This document shows, piece by piece, positions 1 to 8,974 of a stretch of DNA of 64,000 bases (position 1 is the first letter of the stretch; every line of letters begins with the position of its first letter). The position numbers and the translations under genes are program-made. The stretch is from a virus (taxonomy: Duplodnaviria > Heunggongvirae > Uroviricota > Caudoviricetes): the IMG/VR virus record IMGVR_UViG_3300046522_000748; one strand, given 5' to 3'. The notes under the pieces are model-generated. The model worked only from the letters and a program-made list of their open reading frames with translations, had not been told where the DNA came from and ran no database searches.

Positions 1-209
1 CAAGCCGACGTGCGTGCGCGATGCTGAAATGGCGGCTCAGGGCTTATTGCGATTGATCGGTGGGCTACAGACGGCAGAAACGCCGCCTCTTAATCTGACT
101 TCCCATGTGATTCAGGTTATACGCACATTTTTATTATGCAGCTTTCCGGACGTGATTCGCAGTGAGAGACTGGTGGAAGAGCTGCTGTTGGAAAGCAGCC
201 CGAGTCTAC

Positions 210-1151
210 TCAGCAAGGCGTAATGATCGTCCAGTACTGGCCATCGAACACTGCGGCTTGTTTGTGCGTGACGAACAGCAATAGGCCATCGGCATAATCA
301 AGCGAGCCGCCTCCTTGTGAGCCTTCGAAAGGCAGCTCAACGGCCTTCAGGGCGTCGTGGGTGAGCTTGAAGAGGTTTCCCTGATCGGTACACAGAAAGT
401 TCGCGCCAAAGGCTGTGGCGATGCCAGTGAAGGTCTCGCGGGTCAGGTTTTGATGAAAGCGACTCACATCGAAGACGTTCGTTAGAATAATTGTGCCTTT
501 TTCACCGACCACAATGAATTTTTCTTTGTCGATGTTTTTCACTGCATGCAGCCCAACAGTTGTCAGATCATGATCAACGCGACACCAGTTACCATTTCTT
601 GTGATGGTGGAGCCTATCCACATGGAACCATGCCGACCCGCTGCCAAGAGAAAGCTTTCGGAGCCATCGATATCATTGAATGCGCTGGCGTGTTCGATTT
701 CGACGGGAAGTCGGCAACGGTTATCGGCCTGTATCCAGGTATCCTCCTCTAGGGCACGCTGGTACACCTGACGACAGGCACCTGTGACGAAGGCCTTGCC
801 TGCAATAATCTTCAATGCGTTTAGGGGTCTGGTGATGTTCGGCAGACGAATGGAGGTTTCGTGCCGGTCTATCTGCACCTCTTCGCCGCTACTGGTTTCA
901 AGCACGCCGTTGGTGCCGACAGTAATGAGATATGGCTTGGAATCAAGCTCATAGCTTGCCATTGCGGCCAGTTGGTAATCGGGAAGCCAATGACCCCAAA
1001 GTCGATTGTTGCCTTCTTGACCAAGCGCTTCGAAAACAACTGTTTTGTGAGGCTCGCGATTGGTGCCATCTTCATTTGCGAGGACGCCAGCTATGAAGAT
1101 CTTATCCCTACTGAGTATTGCGCCGTGTGTAAGGCGATACGCGTGGCTCAT
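210..1151 (-). CDS. Beta-propeller-like (WD40/BNR-type repeat) hypothetical protein
   Basis: 313-aa ORF with repeated blade-like motifs (AFVTGACRQVY, LLAAGRHGSMW, FIVVGEKGTII, FDGQYW); coupled to the upstream ORF by an ATGA overlap. Confidence 0.6.
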   Translation of the reverse strand: MSHAYRLTHGAILSRDKIFIAGVLANEDGTNREPHKTVVFEALGQEGNNRLWGHWLPDYQLAAMASYELDSKPYLITVGTNGVLETSSGEEVQIDRHETSIRLPNITRPLNALKIIAGKAFVTGACRQVYQRALEEDTWIQADNRCRLPVEIEHASAFNDIDGSESFLLAAGRHGSMWIGSTITRNGNWCRVDHDLTTVGLHAVKNIDKEKFIVVGEKGTIILTNVFDVSRFHQNLTRETFTGIATAFGANFLCTDQGNLFKLTHDALKAVELPFEGSQGGGSLDYADGLLLFVTHKQAAVFDGQYWTIITPC

Positions 1152-1483
1152 GGTTGTTTGATCTCTTTTTCAGAATCCATTGATGCCTCCAGTTTGTCCT
1201 GTTTGGCGCTGTTGTAGACAATCAACGAGATGAAAACCGCATACAACAGAGCCAGCGAACCGCTCAGCACCGTTGACAGGTTGATGGCCTGGAGAAAATC
1301 TGTAACTGCATTGGGGTCAATAAACGTGCATGTTTTATTGTTGATGCATTCCACGACATTTGCCGAAACGATCATTAGGGCAATTAAGAAGCCAATTAAT
1401 CCTGAGATTATCGAGGATATTATCGTTATTGTGATGCTGTAGCTGAGCATGGATTGTTTGGTCTTTAATTCTGCGTACTTCAT
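1148..1483 (-). CDS. Small two-TM membrane protein
   Basis: 111 aa with two hydrophobic segments. Confidence 0.6.
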   Translation of the reverse strand: MKYAELKTKQSMLSYSITITIISSIISGLIGFLIALMIVSANVVECINNKTCTFIDPNAVTDFLQAINLSTVLSGSLALLYAVFISLIVYNSAKQDKLEASMDSEKEIKQP

Positions 1484-1607
1484 GAGTGTCTTACCCTTAT
1501 AAATACAGGCATTGTATAGACTTTATGCTTTATCTTCAATTATACGTAATTGTACACTTTTACATAATCAATGCCGTTGAAAAGCAAGCCGAACACGGCC
1601 TGCCTTC

Positions 1608-2102
1608 TTATTGTTTTTCCGACCAAGCCTTTGTGTCGATCACCGAATTAACGGAACTGATGATTTGATCTTTGTATTTTTCTGGTGTTTCTCGAATTTT
1701 CCCACTGGAGAAGGAGTACAACTCACCATTGATGGTTCGAAAGGCGAATCCATCTCCCGGCTCATTGTCGGTTTTTATGATGAATGTGCCGCCTTTGTAG
1801 GCGCAGATTGAGTTGTCTTTTTCACAGCCAATCACTTCTGTAATGCGCAGTCGATCAGGTTGTGCTCCATTAATTTCATAGGCACTGCTACCAGATTGAT
1901 AGTTGTAATCGATTTCAACCGGAGTGATTTTCTTCAATGATTCCACTTGATCGGTGCTCAAGAGCGATATAATCGAGGAATCACGGAATTTACCATACAT
2001 GTAGTATTCACGATCAATACCAGACGCTTTCACCCAAACCAACCCGGCTGTCATCAGCACTGACAGTGCGCAGGCGCCCCATGCAACATGTTTTATCTTC
2101 AT
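1608..2102 (-). CDS. Exported or membrane-anchored hypothetical protein
   Basis: N-terminal basic plus hydrophobic segment; AAGGA SD upstream. Confidence 0.65.
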   Translation of the reverse strand: MKIKHVAWGACALSVLMTAGLVWVKASGIDREYYMYGKFRDSSIISLLSTDQVESLKKITPVEIDYNYQSGSSAYEINGAQPDRLRITEVIGCEKDNSICAYKGGTFIIKTDNEPGDGFAFRTINGELYSFSSGKIRETPEKYKDQIISSVNSVIDTKAWSEKQ

Positions 2103-2173
2103 AGTCCTTCACTTATATTGTGTTTCTAAAAATTGTATCACACCTGTTTTGAGCCTATTCAAAACTTGTTATA

Positions 2174-2548
2174 TCAATTGTCGAGTTTGTAAGAAACCAT
2201 GGGAAGGTTATTCAGTCTGTTCGTCATGTATTTTGTAAAAGCAATTGCTTGTTCGGCGTCTATGCCTGAAATGTCTCCTTTGAGAACTTCGGCAGACCAC
2301 TGAGCTTCTGCTGTTGCAACAAATTCTTTAAGTGCTTCAGAAAATTTATCGTTCGCAGTTTCAACCGTATCAGCGACTGCAAGGTCGATCAGTACTTGTT
2401 CGCTTGAAAATTTAAATAGACATGCACTGGCACTTGCCCCAATTTCTTTAATATACGCGATTGCATCCATTAACGCGTCGGATAGCCTTGATTCCGGTTT
2501 TCTTGAGAAATAAAATACTCCATCAACCATTTTTACTGTTATGTTCAT
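2174..2548 (-). CDS. Hypothetical protein
   Basis: 124-aa ORF, AAGGAA upstream. Confidence 0.6.
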   Translation of the reverse strand: MNITVKMVDGVFYFSRKPESRLSDALMDAIAYIKEIGASASACLFKFSSEQVLIDLAVADTVETANDKFSEALKEFVATAEAQWSAEVLKGDISGIDAEQAIAFTKYMTNRLNNLPMVSYKLDN

Positions 2549-2580
2549 TCATATTTTCCTTTAGTGGTTTGCGCTTAAAT

Positions 2581-2611
2581 AAAAAAGCCTGAACAATGAG
2601 AATGTTCAGGC
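2581..2611 (-). terminator. Intrinsic terminator
   Basis: GCCTGAACA/TGTTCAGGC stem followed by a U-run on the minus strand. Confidence 0.65.
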
Positions 2612-2633
2612 ATTATTGATCAGTTTTGGTGAA

Positions 2634-3347
2634 TTAATGACTTTCAACCAATTCGATCCCAGGGATCTCAAATCGATTAACGAATAGCGGATTATTTCTC
2701 GGCCAGTTCACCGACAAGGTGTAACTGGTATTCCCGATTACCTTCATGTATTCGGAATTGACCCGCTCATTAATATCTTCCATATCCAGATATAGGATTG
2801 CAAGGTATCCTGTGTGATTGCCGAAGAATGCTTGTAGCTGGGAGCCACCACCACACAATATCCAGATATCGCCCACATCCAAGTTGACACAGTAGTCGTA
2901 CACCTGCTTGATCTTGTCATGGTGACGTTCAATGATCAGTTCTCGATGCTTAATGCCATGCAACAGGCTGTCTATACGACCCTCTTCCTCAAAGCTGTGA
3001 TCGTGCTCATCAACGCAATAAGGAACACCGTCATGCTCTGCACACATTAGTGATCTCGAAAAGCTGCAACGGCCTTCTGGGACGCTCACCGCCAATCCAT
3101 GCTGAGCGTAGAGTGCGATTCGCTGATCATCAGAGATTTTCGCTTTCTTGTCTTTGAACAGCTGGAGGCCGACAATGATGTCCATTGCGCGCATTTGTTC
3201 ATCGAAAGTCAGGGCTTGAATTTTGTCTCGGTTACCACTGATGAACTCACCAAACAGTCGCCAATCTTCTTGTGTCAGAGAAGTAGCGAATGCCAGGGCC
3301 TCAGGAGAGATATCTTTGTTAATCAGCGACTCTTGTTGACTACCCAT
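2634..3347 (-). CDS. Hypothetical protein
   Basis: 237-aa ORF with AAGGGAAG SD. Confidence 0.7.
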   Translation of the reverse strand: MGSQQESLINKDISPEALAFATSLTQEDWRLFGEFISGNRDKIQALTFDEQMRAMDIIVGLQLFKDKKAKISDDQRIALYAQHGLAVSVPEGRCSFSRSLMCAEHDGVPYCVDEHDHSFEEEGRIDSLLHGIKHRELIIERHHDKIKQVYDYCVNLDVGDIWILCGGGSQLQAFFGNHTGYLAILYLDMEDINERVNSEYMKVIGNTSYTLSVNWPRNNPLFVNRFEIPGIELVESH

Positions 3348-3389
3348 CTGTGTTCTTCCCTTCTTAATGCATTGACCGGCTTTGCCGAA

Positions 3390-3438
3390 GTGGCCAGCGG
3401 GTGGCCAGCGGGTGGCCAGCGGGTGGCCAGCGGGTGGC
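3390..3438. repeat. Tandem 11-bp repeat (GTGGCCAGCGG)x4 plus a partial fifth unit
   Basis: Units at 3390, 3401, 3412 and 3423; partial GTGGC at 3434. Confidence 0.95.
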
Positions 3439-3445
3439 TTGGTGC

Positions 3446-3619
3446 TCAGCCTTCTGCCGGGAGCCCTATGCTGAACTTCAAAATTGATGCCTCCAGATCC
3501 AGCGCCTCTGTTGTTAGCTTAAGCGCATGCTGTCGATCCATCGCTTTTCTTGCTTCTATGCTGATTTCCGTAGATTCCAGTAATTCTGCATCGGTAAACA
3601 TGGCATCACACGGCATCAT
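3446..3619 (-). CDS. Small hypothetical protein (57 aa, MMPCDAMFTDAELLES...), below the ORF-track cutoff
   Basis: Hand translation; ATGA overlap with the stop of 3616..3846. Confidence 0.6.
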   Translation of the reverse strand: MMPCDAMFTDAELLESTEISIEARKAMDRQHALKLTTEALDLEASILKFSIGLPAEG

Positions 3620-3846
3620 GCGTCGAGGCTACGCAAATAGGGGTGACAGGAAACCATCTCCCTCACTGCCTTTTGCACCACGACGTTATCACGATGGATA
3701 ACCGCTTCGGTATTGTCGGCATAGTCGTTATCACAATTGCTCTGAGTGATTTCTGCAACCGCCTTGATGACTTGATACACCCCGCTGCCTCGCAATAGAT
3801 CGGTAAGCAAGGCAATTTTTTCTGGACTCAGGTTTGATGGCGTCAT
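3616..3846 (-). CDS. Hypothetical protein
   Basis: 76 aa, GAGG SD, directly downstream of a consensus promoter. Confidence 0.65.
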   Translation of the reverse strand: MTPSNLSPEKIALLTDLLRGSGVYQVIKAVAEITQSNCDNDYADNTEAVIHRDNVVVQKAVREMVSCHPYLRSLDA

Positions 3847-3874
3847 GATGAACCTCTAATTAACTTATCTATTA

Positions 3875-3913
3875 ATTATATAGGAGTCATGCCTAACTGT
3901 CAATATCGCTGAC
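3875..3913 (-). promoter_or_regulatory. Sigma70 promoter with GTCA-N7-TGAC operator
   Basis: TTGACA-N17-TATAAT; operator at 3899-3913. Confidence 0.85.
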
Positions 3914-4030
3914 TGCAAGAATAGACAACAATCAATTTCTTCGATAATTACTATAGGAAATCATCGCTTAACAATAAGTTAATCACGATAGATAATTATC
4001 ATGAAAACAATAAATCACATAGGATAAAAG

Positions 4031-4147
4031 ATGAAAAAGCTTGTTGTTGTATTGATGTTTGGTTTGTTTGCCACCTCTGCTATGGCTGAGGGCGGCGGTG
4101 ATCGGGTGATTGAGCGCAGTCAGGCGCATTCTGCACAGGTGAAATAA
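4031..4147 (+). CDS. PtrA N-terminal-domain-like secreted microprotein (38 aa)
   Basis: MKKLVVVLMFGLFATSAMA-EGGGDRVIERSQAHSAQVK: signal peptide plus the AEGGGDR motif typical of Pseudomonas PtrA-like proteins; AGGA SD; absent from the ORF track. Confidence 0.7.
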   Translation: MKKLVVVLMFGLFATSAMAEGGGDRVIERSQAHSAQVK

Positions 4148-4185
4148 CCCAGGCGCTGGATTTTGATCGATTATTTGAGATAACA

Positions 4186-4211
4186 AAAAACCCAGCCGAA
4201 GCTGGGTTTTT
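4186..4211. terminator. Bidirectional intrinsic terminator
   Basis: AAAAACCCAGC-CGAA-GCTGGGTTTTT between convergent genes. Confidence 0.8.
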
Positions 4212-4272
4212 ATTGACATCTTCTTGAGAGGCTTGCACTATCACTTAACTTAAATGATAATGCTTCTCATCC

Positions 4273-4758
4273 TCAAAAAGGAATGTCGTCGTCGAAACTG
4301 TCAAAATCAGGTGCCGGTTGCGGTGCAGATTGTTGCGGCGCCGACTGCTGCTGTGGTGCGGATTGTTGTGGGCGAGGCGCGGATTGACGCGGGGCGGAAT
4401 TGTCACCTTCAGGGCGACCGCCCAGCAGTTGCAGGGTGCCGTTGATGCTGTCCACCACAATTTCAGTGGTGTAGCGTTTCACGCCGTCTTTTTCCCATTC
4501 GCGGGTTTGCAGCTTGCCTTCCACGTAGATCTGGGAGCCCTTGCGGACGTACTCGCCAGCGATTTCAGCAACTTTGCCGAAAAACGATACGCGGTGCCAT
4601 TCGGTCTTCTCGACCTTCTGGCCACTTTGTTTGTCCGTCCAGGTTTCGCTGGTGGCCAGGGTCAGATTGCAAACGGCATTGCCGTTTGGCATGAAGCGGG
4701 ATTCAGGATCGCCGCCGACGTTACCGACCAGAATTACTTTGTTTACACCGCGTGCCAT
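4273..4758 (-). CDS. ssb: Single-stranded DNA-binding protein
   Basis: [13 protein letters not shown]...EWHRV...[14 protein letters not shown]...DDDIPF; Pseudomonas-type; start moved to the ATG at 4758. Confidence 0.97.
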   Translation of the reverse strand: MARGVNKVILVGNVGGDPESRFMPNGNAVCNLTLATSETWTDKQSGQKVEKTEWHRVSFFGKVAEIAGEYVRKGSQIYVEGKLQTREWEKDGVKRYTTEIVVDSINGTLQLLGGRPEGDNSAPRQSAPRPQQSAPQQQSAPQQSAPQPAPDFDSFDDDIPF

Positions 4759-4816
4759 GATGTGATTCCTTTGAGTGCTGTATGTGTGGTTTTGGGTGAT
4801 TCGTTGAATATGATTT

Positions 4817-4845
4817 ATTATATATCCACGCCTGTGTTGCGTCAA
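4817..4845 (-). promoter_or_regulatory. Sigma70 promoter of ssb
   Basis: TTGACG-N17-TATAAT; only a degenerate operator half-site. Confidence 0.8.
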
Positions 4846-4873
4846 TATAATTTCGAACTATATTTTATGATTG

Positions 4874-5386
4874 TCAAAATTTCCGTGGAATCCACACGTA
4901 TCGGGAGCTTGGCTTTTCAACGACGGTCACGGAAACCAATTTGTCGCCGTAACCCACTGGCCCCTTTTCGCCTGAAGCATTCATGACGAAATTATTGGCG
5001 TCCTCTCGGGTGAATGTTTTTGCGTAACGCGGATCAGACGTGTAGCCATGCTCTGTCACAAAATGCTCAAAACCAAAAGCCGTTGTGTATTTGATGCGAG
5101 CCACCAGCCCTTTTTTCTCATCCTCTAGCTGTCTGTTGGCATAAATCTCAAGCCGTTCAATGGCTTGGGGAAATGACATCTGCTTTGGGGTGTAGGAAGT
5201 CTCCCAGTCTTTGGGAATGAGGCCGGTTGGCGCCAAGGAGAGATACCAGATCATTGGTGTCTCGGGGTCATCCTGGTCGAGTTTTGACCCCAAGAGGACA
5301 CCGTAGGGCACTGAGAGGTGCTGAATGGCGTATTCAGGCTTGTGGCCGGGGGCGCTATAGCGCTTAGCGGTAAGGGTGGTGTCCAT
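4874..5386 (-). CDS. Hypothetical protein
   Basis: 170-aa ORF; TTGTTG-N17-TATTAT upstream. Confidence 0.7.
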   Translation of the reverse strand: MDTTLTAKRYSAPGHKPEYAIQHLSVPYGVLLGSKLDQDDPETPMIWYLSLAPTGLIPKDWETSYTPKQMSFPQAIERLEIYANRQLEDEKKGLVARIKYTTAFGFEHFVTEHGYTSDPRYAKTFTREDANNFVMNASGEKGPVGYGDKLVSVTVVEKPSSRYVWIPRKF

Positions 5387-5453
5387 AAGGCTTCTCTAAT
5401 TCCAATATTATTGGATAATATCACTCCCTTTTCATTGCAACAAGATTATGCCT

Positions 5454-5762
5454 TTATTCTCCTGCCCAGCTCTTTGCTGCTTTTAGCTCTTTTTGGAGGT
5501 GATCGATTTCTTTTTGAAGATCGAGCTGTTCAAGATGGTGCTGGCGTTTTTTCTCCTCCGCAGGAAGGAACATCAGCGTATCCAGGTGAAGGTCGGGCGG
5601 CATCCGGCACAGTGCCTGAATGCAGATTTCCACATGGATAAAGTCTTTGTCTTCTTGAAGCTCTGCGGCTTCGCTTTCAAGCTTCTCGGCCATTTCGCGT
5701 AGCACTTTAGCGGTGCGCCGAATCGCCTCAACAGTGGGGCGGACAATGATTTCTCGGGACAT
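5454..5762 (-). CDS. Hypothetical coiled-coil protein
   Basis: ORF; probable start MSREIIV. Confidence 0.65.
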   Translation of the reverse strand: MSREIIVRPTVEAIRRTAKVLREMAEKLESEAAELQEDKDFIHVEICIQALCRMPPDLHLDTLMFLPAEEKKRQHHLEQLDLQKEIDHLQKELKAAKSWAGE

Positions 5763-5833
5763 GATCGATCTCTTAAATGGGGTCATAAAGACGCTTACAG
5801 GCCAGTCAATGCTGGCCTGTTGGCGGTGTTAAA

Positions 5834-6010
5834 TTATTCTTCGACGGAGACTTCTTCATCCGCTTCGAATTCGTCGTTCTTCCCCTTCCCTGCCAGCTCG
5901 CCTGAGATCATGATGGCCTCAAAGGCGTTGACTTTTCGAAAGGTTTCTTGGGAGATTACGTCGAAAAACTCCCCGTTGATCGGTACTTCACCAAACATTA
6001 CTTTTTTCAC
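5834..6010 (-). CDS. Small acidic protein (58 aa, GTG start)
   Basis: Hand translation MKKVMFGEVPINGEFF...EEVSVEE; GGAG SD; the plus-strand ORF 5820..6029 is its shadow. Confidence 0.6.
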   Translation of the reverse strand: MKKVMFGEVPINGEFFDVISQETFRKVNAFEAIMISGELAGKGKNDEFEADEEVSVEE

Positions 6011-6211
6011 GATTGCTCCGCCGTTGTGATTAATTGATTTGTGAGATTTTGCTGGTTGATTACGCCGTTTTCTTCACTTGATGGCTTGATTTGGTGTTTC
6101 TAGGAAATTGCTTATTTCCCTAGAGACGCCACTTTGAAAAATGTCCTAATCTGCTGAATATCATAGCAAAAGTCTGGAGGTTTTTGTTGACGATCGTCAT
6201 TGGATTTTGGA

Positions 6212-6238
6212 TGGTGGCCTGTCAGTGACAGGCCACCA
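6212..6238. terminator. Hairpin or terminator after 6251..6856
   Basis: TGGTGGCCTGTCA-G-TGACAGGCCACCA. Confidence 0.55.
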
Positions 6239-6250
6239 GTGGCCTAGCGC

Positions 6251-6856
6251 TTATTCGCTGTCGCCCACAATCGGCTGGCCGCAGTGGTGGTACATCGCCC
6301 ACCAGTAAATGTTCTCAGCGGTGTCACATTCGCGTTCAGCAAAACTGGCACGCGGATAGAGTGCTCCCAGCTCCTGTTTGGCCACTTCCAGGCTCTTCCA
6401 CAGTTGGCCAGCGGCTGCTACGGTAGAGTCGCCGATGTTCACCAGGGTAATGATTGCCTGATCGTCACGCGGCGTCCTCAGCGTTTCCTGATCCATGCCG
6501 AGCTGCAACATTTCGGTCATCAGATCTTTGAAAGTCGTGCTTTCACTCACGCGGACTTTCGCCAGCTCGACCAGCTCGATTGCGTCTGCGTAAGCCGCAT
6601 GGAACGCCTTGGCTGACTCCAGTTGATCTGAGCCCTTTTCGCGGCCACCACTGCTGTGGGTGATATCGTATTCAAAGAAGCGACCATCGACCTGCGGGCT
6701 TTCAGGGTCATGCGAACTGTATTCCGACTTGAATTCGATGCGCACGGTAATCGCATCATCAGACCAAAAACCGTCTGGACGATATTTGATGTAGATGTTG
6801 CTGTTGTGTTCCGAAGGCTGAGCGGTGATCACACGTTTGAATGGTGCTTGGGCCAT
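6251..6856 (-). CDS. Hypothetical protein
   Basis: 201-aa ORF, AGGA SD. Confidence 0.7.
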   Translation of the reverse strand: MAQAPFKRVITAQPSEHNSNIYIKYRPDGFWSDDAITVRIEFKSEYSSHDPESPQVDGRFFEYDITHSSGGREKGSDQLESAKAFHAAYADAIELVELAKVRVSESTTFKDLMTEMLQLGMDQETLRTPRDDQAIITLVNIGDSTVAAAGQLWKSLEVAKQELGALYPRASFAERECDTAENIYWWAMYHHCGQPIVGDSE

Positions 6857-6926
6857 GATCTTGATCCTGTTTGATTCGAAAAGTTTGAACTGACGTTAAT
6901 CAGTCCGTTATCGGAATTTTGGATGT

Positions 6927-7511
6927 TTAGAAACCGAAAACATCACCGGAGAGTTTGATTGTCCAGTCACGGCTGCCCTCTTCACCGATGCGTACAGCCT
7001 CGATTTTTTTGAGAGCAATTTCGTCCAGTTGGCTGTCGTAAGTCACACGAGCCAGACTCTGGAATTCAGGTCGCAGGTTTGGCTTCATTCGTTCGACCAA
7101 CTGTTGAGCTTGTGTGCGCAACAGGCTGTCCAGTTCGCCGAAGTTGCTGTCCCAGCAACTGTCGTGATAGGTCTTTTCGAGGTACTGGCCATTGCCGCTG
7201 TGCAGATTTCTCGCCTGATCGTCGCTCCCGATCTGCATCAGGGTGCGAGTGTAGTTCATTGGTCGAACCAGCAAGAGGTTAACCCGCAGCGTGGTGAAGC
7301 CTTCGGTGATCGCTTCATAGATCCCGTCACCTTCTTCACTGTTGTCGCATTTATTGCGGCAAAGGTCAGTCAGATCAGCGTAATCCAGGTGCAGGCTGGC
7401 TCGCGCTTTGAACTTGATCAGCAGGCCGCGATCTTCACCGGAGCCACGGGGCAACATGCAATCCATTGTGGCGCGGGCAATCTGGCGAAGATCAAAATTA
7501 ATAATGCTCAT
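6927..7511 (-). CDS. Hypothetical protein
   Basis: 194 aa, ATGA-coupled to the upstream ORF. Confidence 0.7.
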   Translation of the reverse strand: MSIINFDLRQIARATMDCMLPRGSGEDRGLLIKFKARASLHLDYADLTDLCRNKCDNSEEGDGIYEAITEGFTTLRVNLLLVRPMNYTRTLMQIGSDDQARNLHSGNGQYLEKTYHDSCWDSNFGELDSLLRTQAQQLVERMKPNLRPEFQSLARVTYDSQLDEIALKKIEAVRIGEEGSRDWTIKLSGDVFGF

Positions 7512-7804
7512 GCGTTGCTGGCCTCGACTGCTGTGGTTTTTTCCATGTCGATTTCAGTGTACCCGTATTCGCAGACCCAGTTTTTGCAATAGTTTTTATA
7601 CCACCGCAGGGCTCTGAATTTGTTGGGCACCGTCTTTTCGTAGGAGCGTTGATAGTCACTGCGCACTTTCTCGTGCAGCAATGCCACGGAGTAATTTTCA
7701 CGACCGAACCAGAAATCACGACCACTGATGCAGGAGAAGCTTACGTCATAGATCTCAATGCCGTCTTCAACTTCCACAAACAGAATAATGTTATCAGCGC
7801 TCAT
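7508..7804 (-). CDS. Hypothetical protein
   Basis: 98 aa, GGAGG SD. Confidence 0.7.
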   Translation of the reverse strand: MSADNIILFVEVEDGIEIYDVSFSCISGRDFWFGRENYSVALLHEKVRSDYQRSYEKTVPNKFRALRWYKNYCKNWVCEYGYTEIDMEKTTAVEASNA

Positions 7805-7828
7805 CGTGTGCCTCCATGTGATGTGGCC

Positions 7829-7867
7829 ATAGTAGCAATCCTTGCTACAATTGTCAATACCAATGAC
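7829..7867 (-). promoter_or_regulatory. Sigma70 promoter with operator
   Basis: TTGACA-N17-TACTAT; GTCA-N7-TGAC at 7853-7867. Confidence 0.85.
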
Positions 7868-7944
7868 ATTTATGTTTCCTTCTATACGTGCTCCGGTTTC
7901 TTATTGTTAACCGAACAAAAAGGCCATTATTTTTGATAATGATA

Positions 7945-7973
7945 TTGACACATGCAATTCTTTGCCATATTAT
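7945..7973 (+). promoter_or_regulatory. Sigma70 promoter
   Basis: TTGACA-N17-TATTAT. Confidence 0.8.
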
Positions 7974-8003
7974 ATGCCACATACCGAATATGAGAGAGAA
8001 GAG

Positions 8004-8591
8004 ATGAGCCAGACCAAAGAATTCAGCTTCACCCTGTCCCGCGCCCACAAAATTGCTGAGCGCTTGCAGCGCCATGTCACTGTGTTGGGCGGTCAGGTGG
8101 GCGAACTTTCGCGGCCAGTGACTCTGTTCTCGGCTGATCAAAATGCTGAAGTTGATGCTCGCCTGACAAAAATTGTCGGTATTCGTGAAAAAATCGAGTT
8201 GGTGAATTCACTGCGCACCACCGTGCGTATCAAGATTGCCGAGAAAAACGCTCAGATCGGTCAGCATGCGCTGCTGACTGAGCAGAAGGATGTTATTGCG
8301 CACATGGCGCGTGTGAGCCGTCTGCGCATGGACATCATTTCCAGCAACAGTTACGGCAAGCCAGTAGAGCAGCTGGCAACCCAGTTGGATCGACTGGCTC
8401 AGTCGAAATCCACCGATGGCGTCTCGACCAGAGTTATTGCCGACTCGTTCATTGCGGATCTGGATGCGCAGATCACTCAACTGACTGCGAAGCTTGATAA
8501 GCTGAACGATCAGGTGGCCGACAACAACGCGTCGAACAAGATCAGCGTGGAAATTCCGCAGGATCTGGCCGCAGAACTGGGTCTGGTATAA
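8004..8591 (+). CDS. All-helical coiled-coil protein, DIP1984-like
   Basis: N-terminal LSRAHKIAERL, central KIAEKNAQIG..LL and C-terminal LDAQITQL..KLDKLNDQV..NN..KISVEI resemble the DIP1984 family pattern (by eye). Confidence 0.6.
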   Translation: MSQTKEFSFTLSRAHKIAERLQRHVTVLGGQVGELSRPVTLFSADQNAEVDARLTKIVGIREKIELVNSLRTTVRIKIAEKNAQIGQHALLTEQKDVIAHMARVSRLRMDIISSNSYGKPVEQLATQLDRLAQSKSTDGVSTRVIADSFIADLDAQITQLTAKLDKLNDQVADNNASNKISVEIPQDLAAELGLV

Positions 8592-8596
8592 ATTCT

Positions 8597-8850
8597 CAGT
8601 GGGTTCGCTTGAAAACAGCGATAGGGCGAACCCTGCTGGCGCAAGCCAGTGACTGGACTACGAAACGCTGATAGGGGCAACCAAAATCGGAAGTGGCCTT
8701 GAGCCACTTAAGCAGTCTTAGGCTATTAAAACCCATTGCTCTTACCAGGAGCTGTGACTTGTTAGAACGCCAGACGCATCCTTTCTGTATTTAGTGAAAA
8801 GTGACTTGTCATTTTTGCCCCTGGCCACCCAATGGGTGGCCTTTTCGTTT
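8597..8850 (+). ncRNA. Putative structured ncRNA or structured 3' region ending in an intrinsic terminator
   Basis: Multiple stems, GCAA and CUUG tetraloops, complementary loops CAGCG/CGCTG, terminator GGCCACCC-AAT-GGGTGGCC-TTTT. Confidence 0.6.
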
Positions 8851-8974
8851 CTGGTGTTTGTGATTTTTTGCACGTCAGGCGTCAAGTGACCTGCATAAGC
8901 AAATCACCTGAAAATTACTCGATGAGGTGGTAGTGATGAGAGAGCTAATTGCTGGGTGATGCGGTGGGGGGGGG

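Noticed and set aside
3390-3438. Repeat as a CRISPR array or Chi cluster
   Set aside because: No spacers and no cas genes; GCTGGCCA does not exactly match the Chi sequences I know.
8597-8850. tRNA, tmRNA, SRP or hammerhead identity for the structured RNA
   Set aside because: No TTCGA T-loop cloverleaf, no SRP domain IV motif and no CUGANGA core found by eye.
8966-8974. G9 homopolymer as a phase-variation tract
   Set aside because: Lies just past a stop codon, not in a coding region or promoter.
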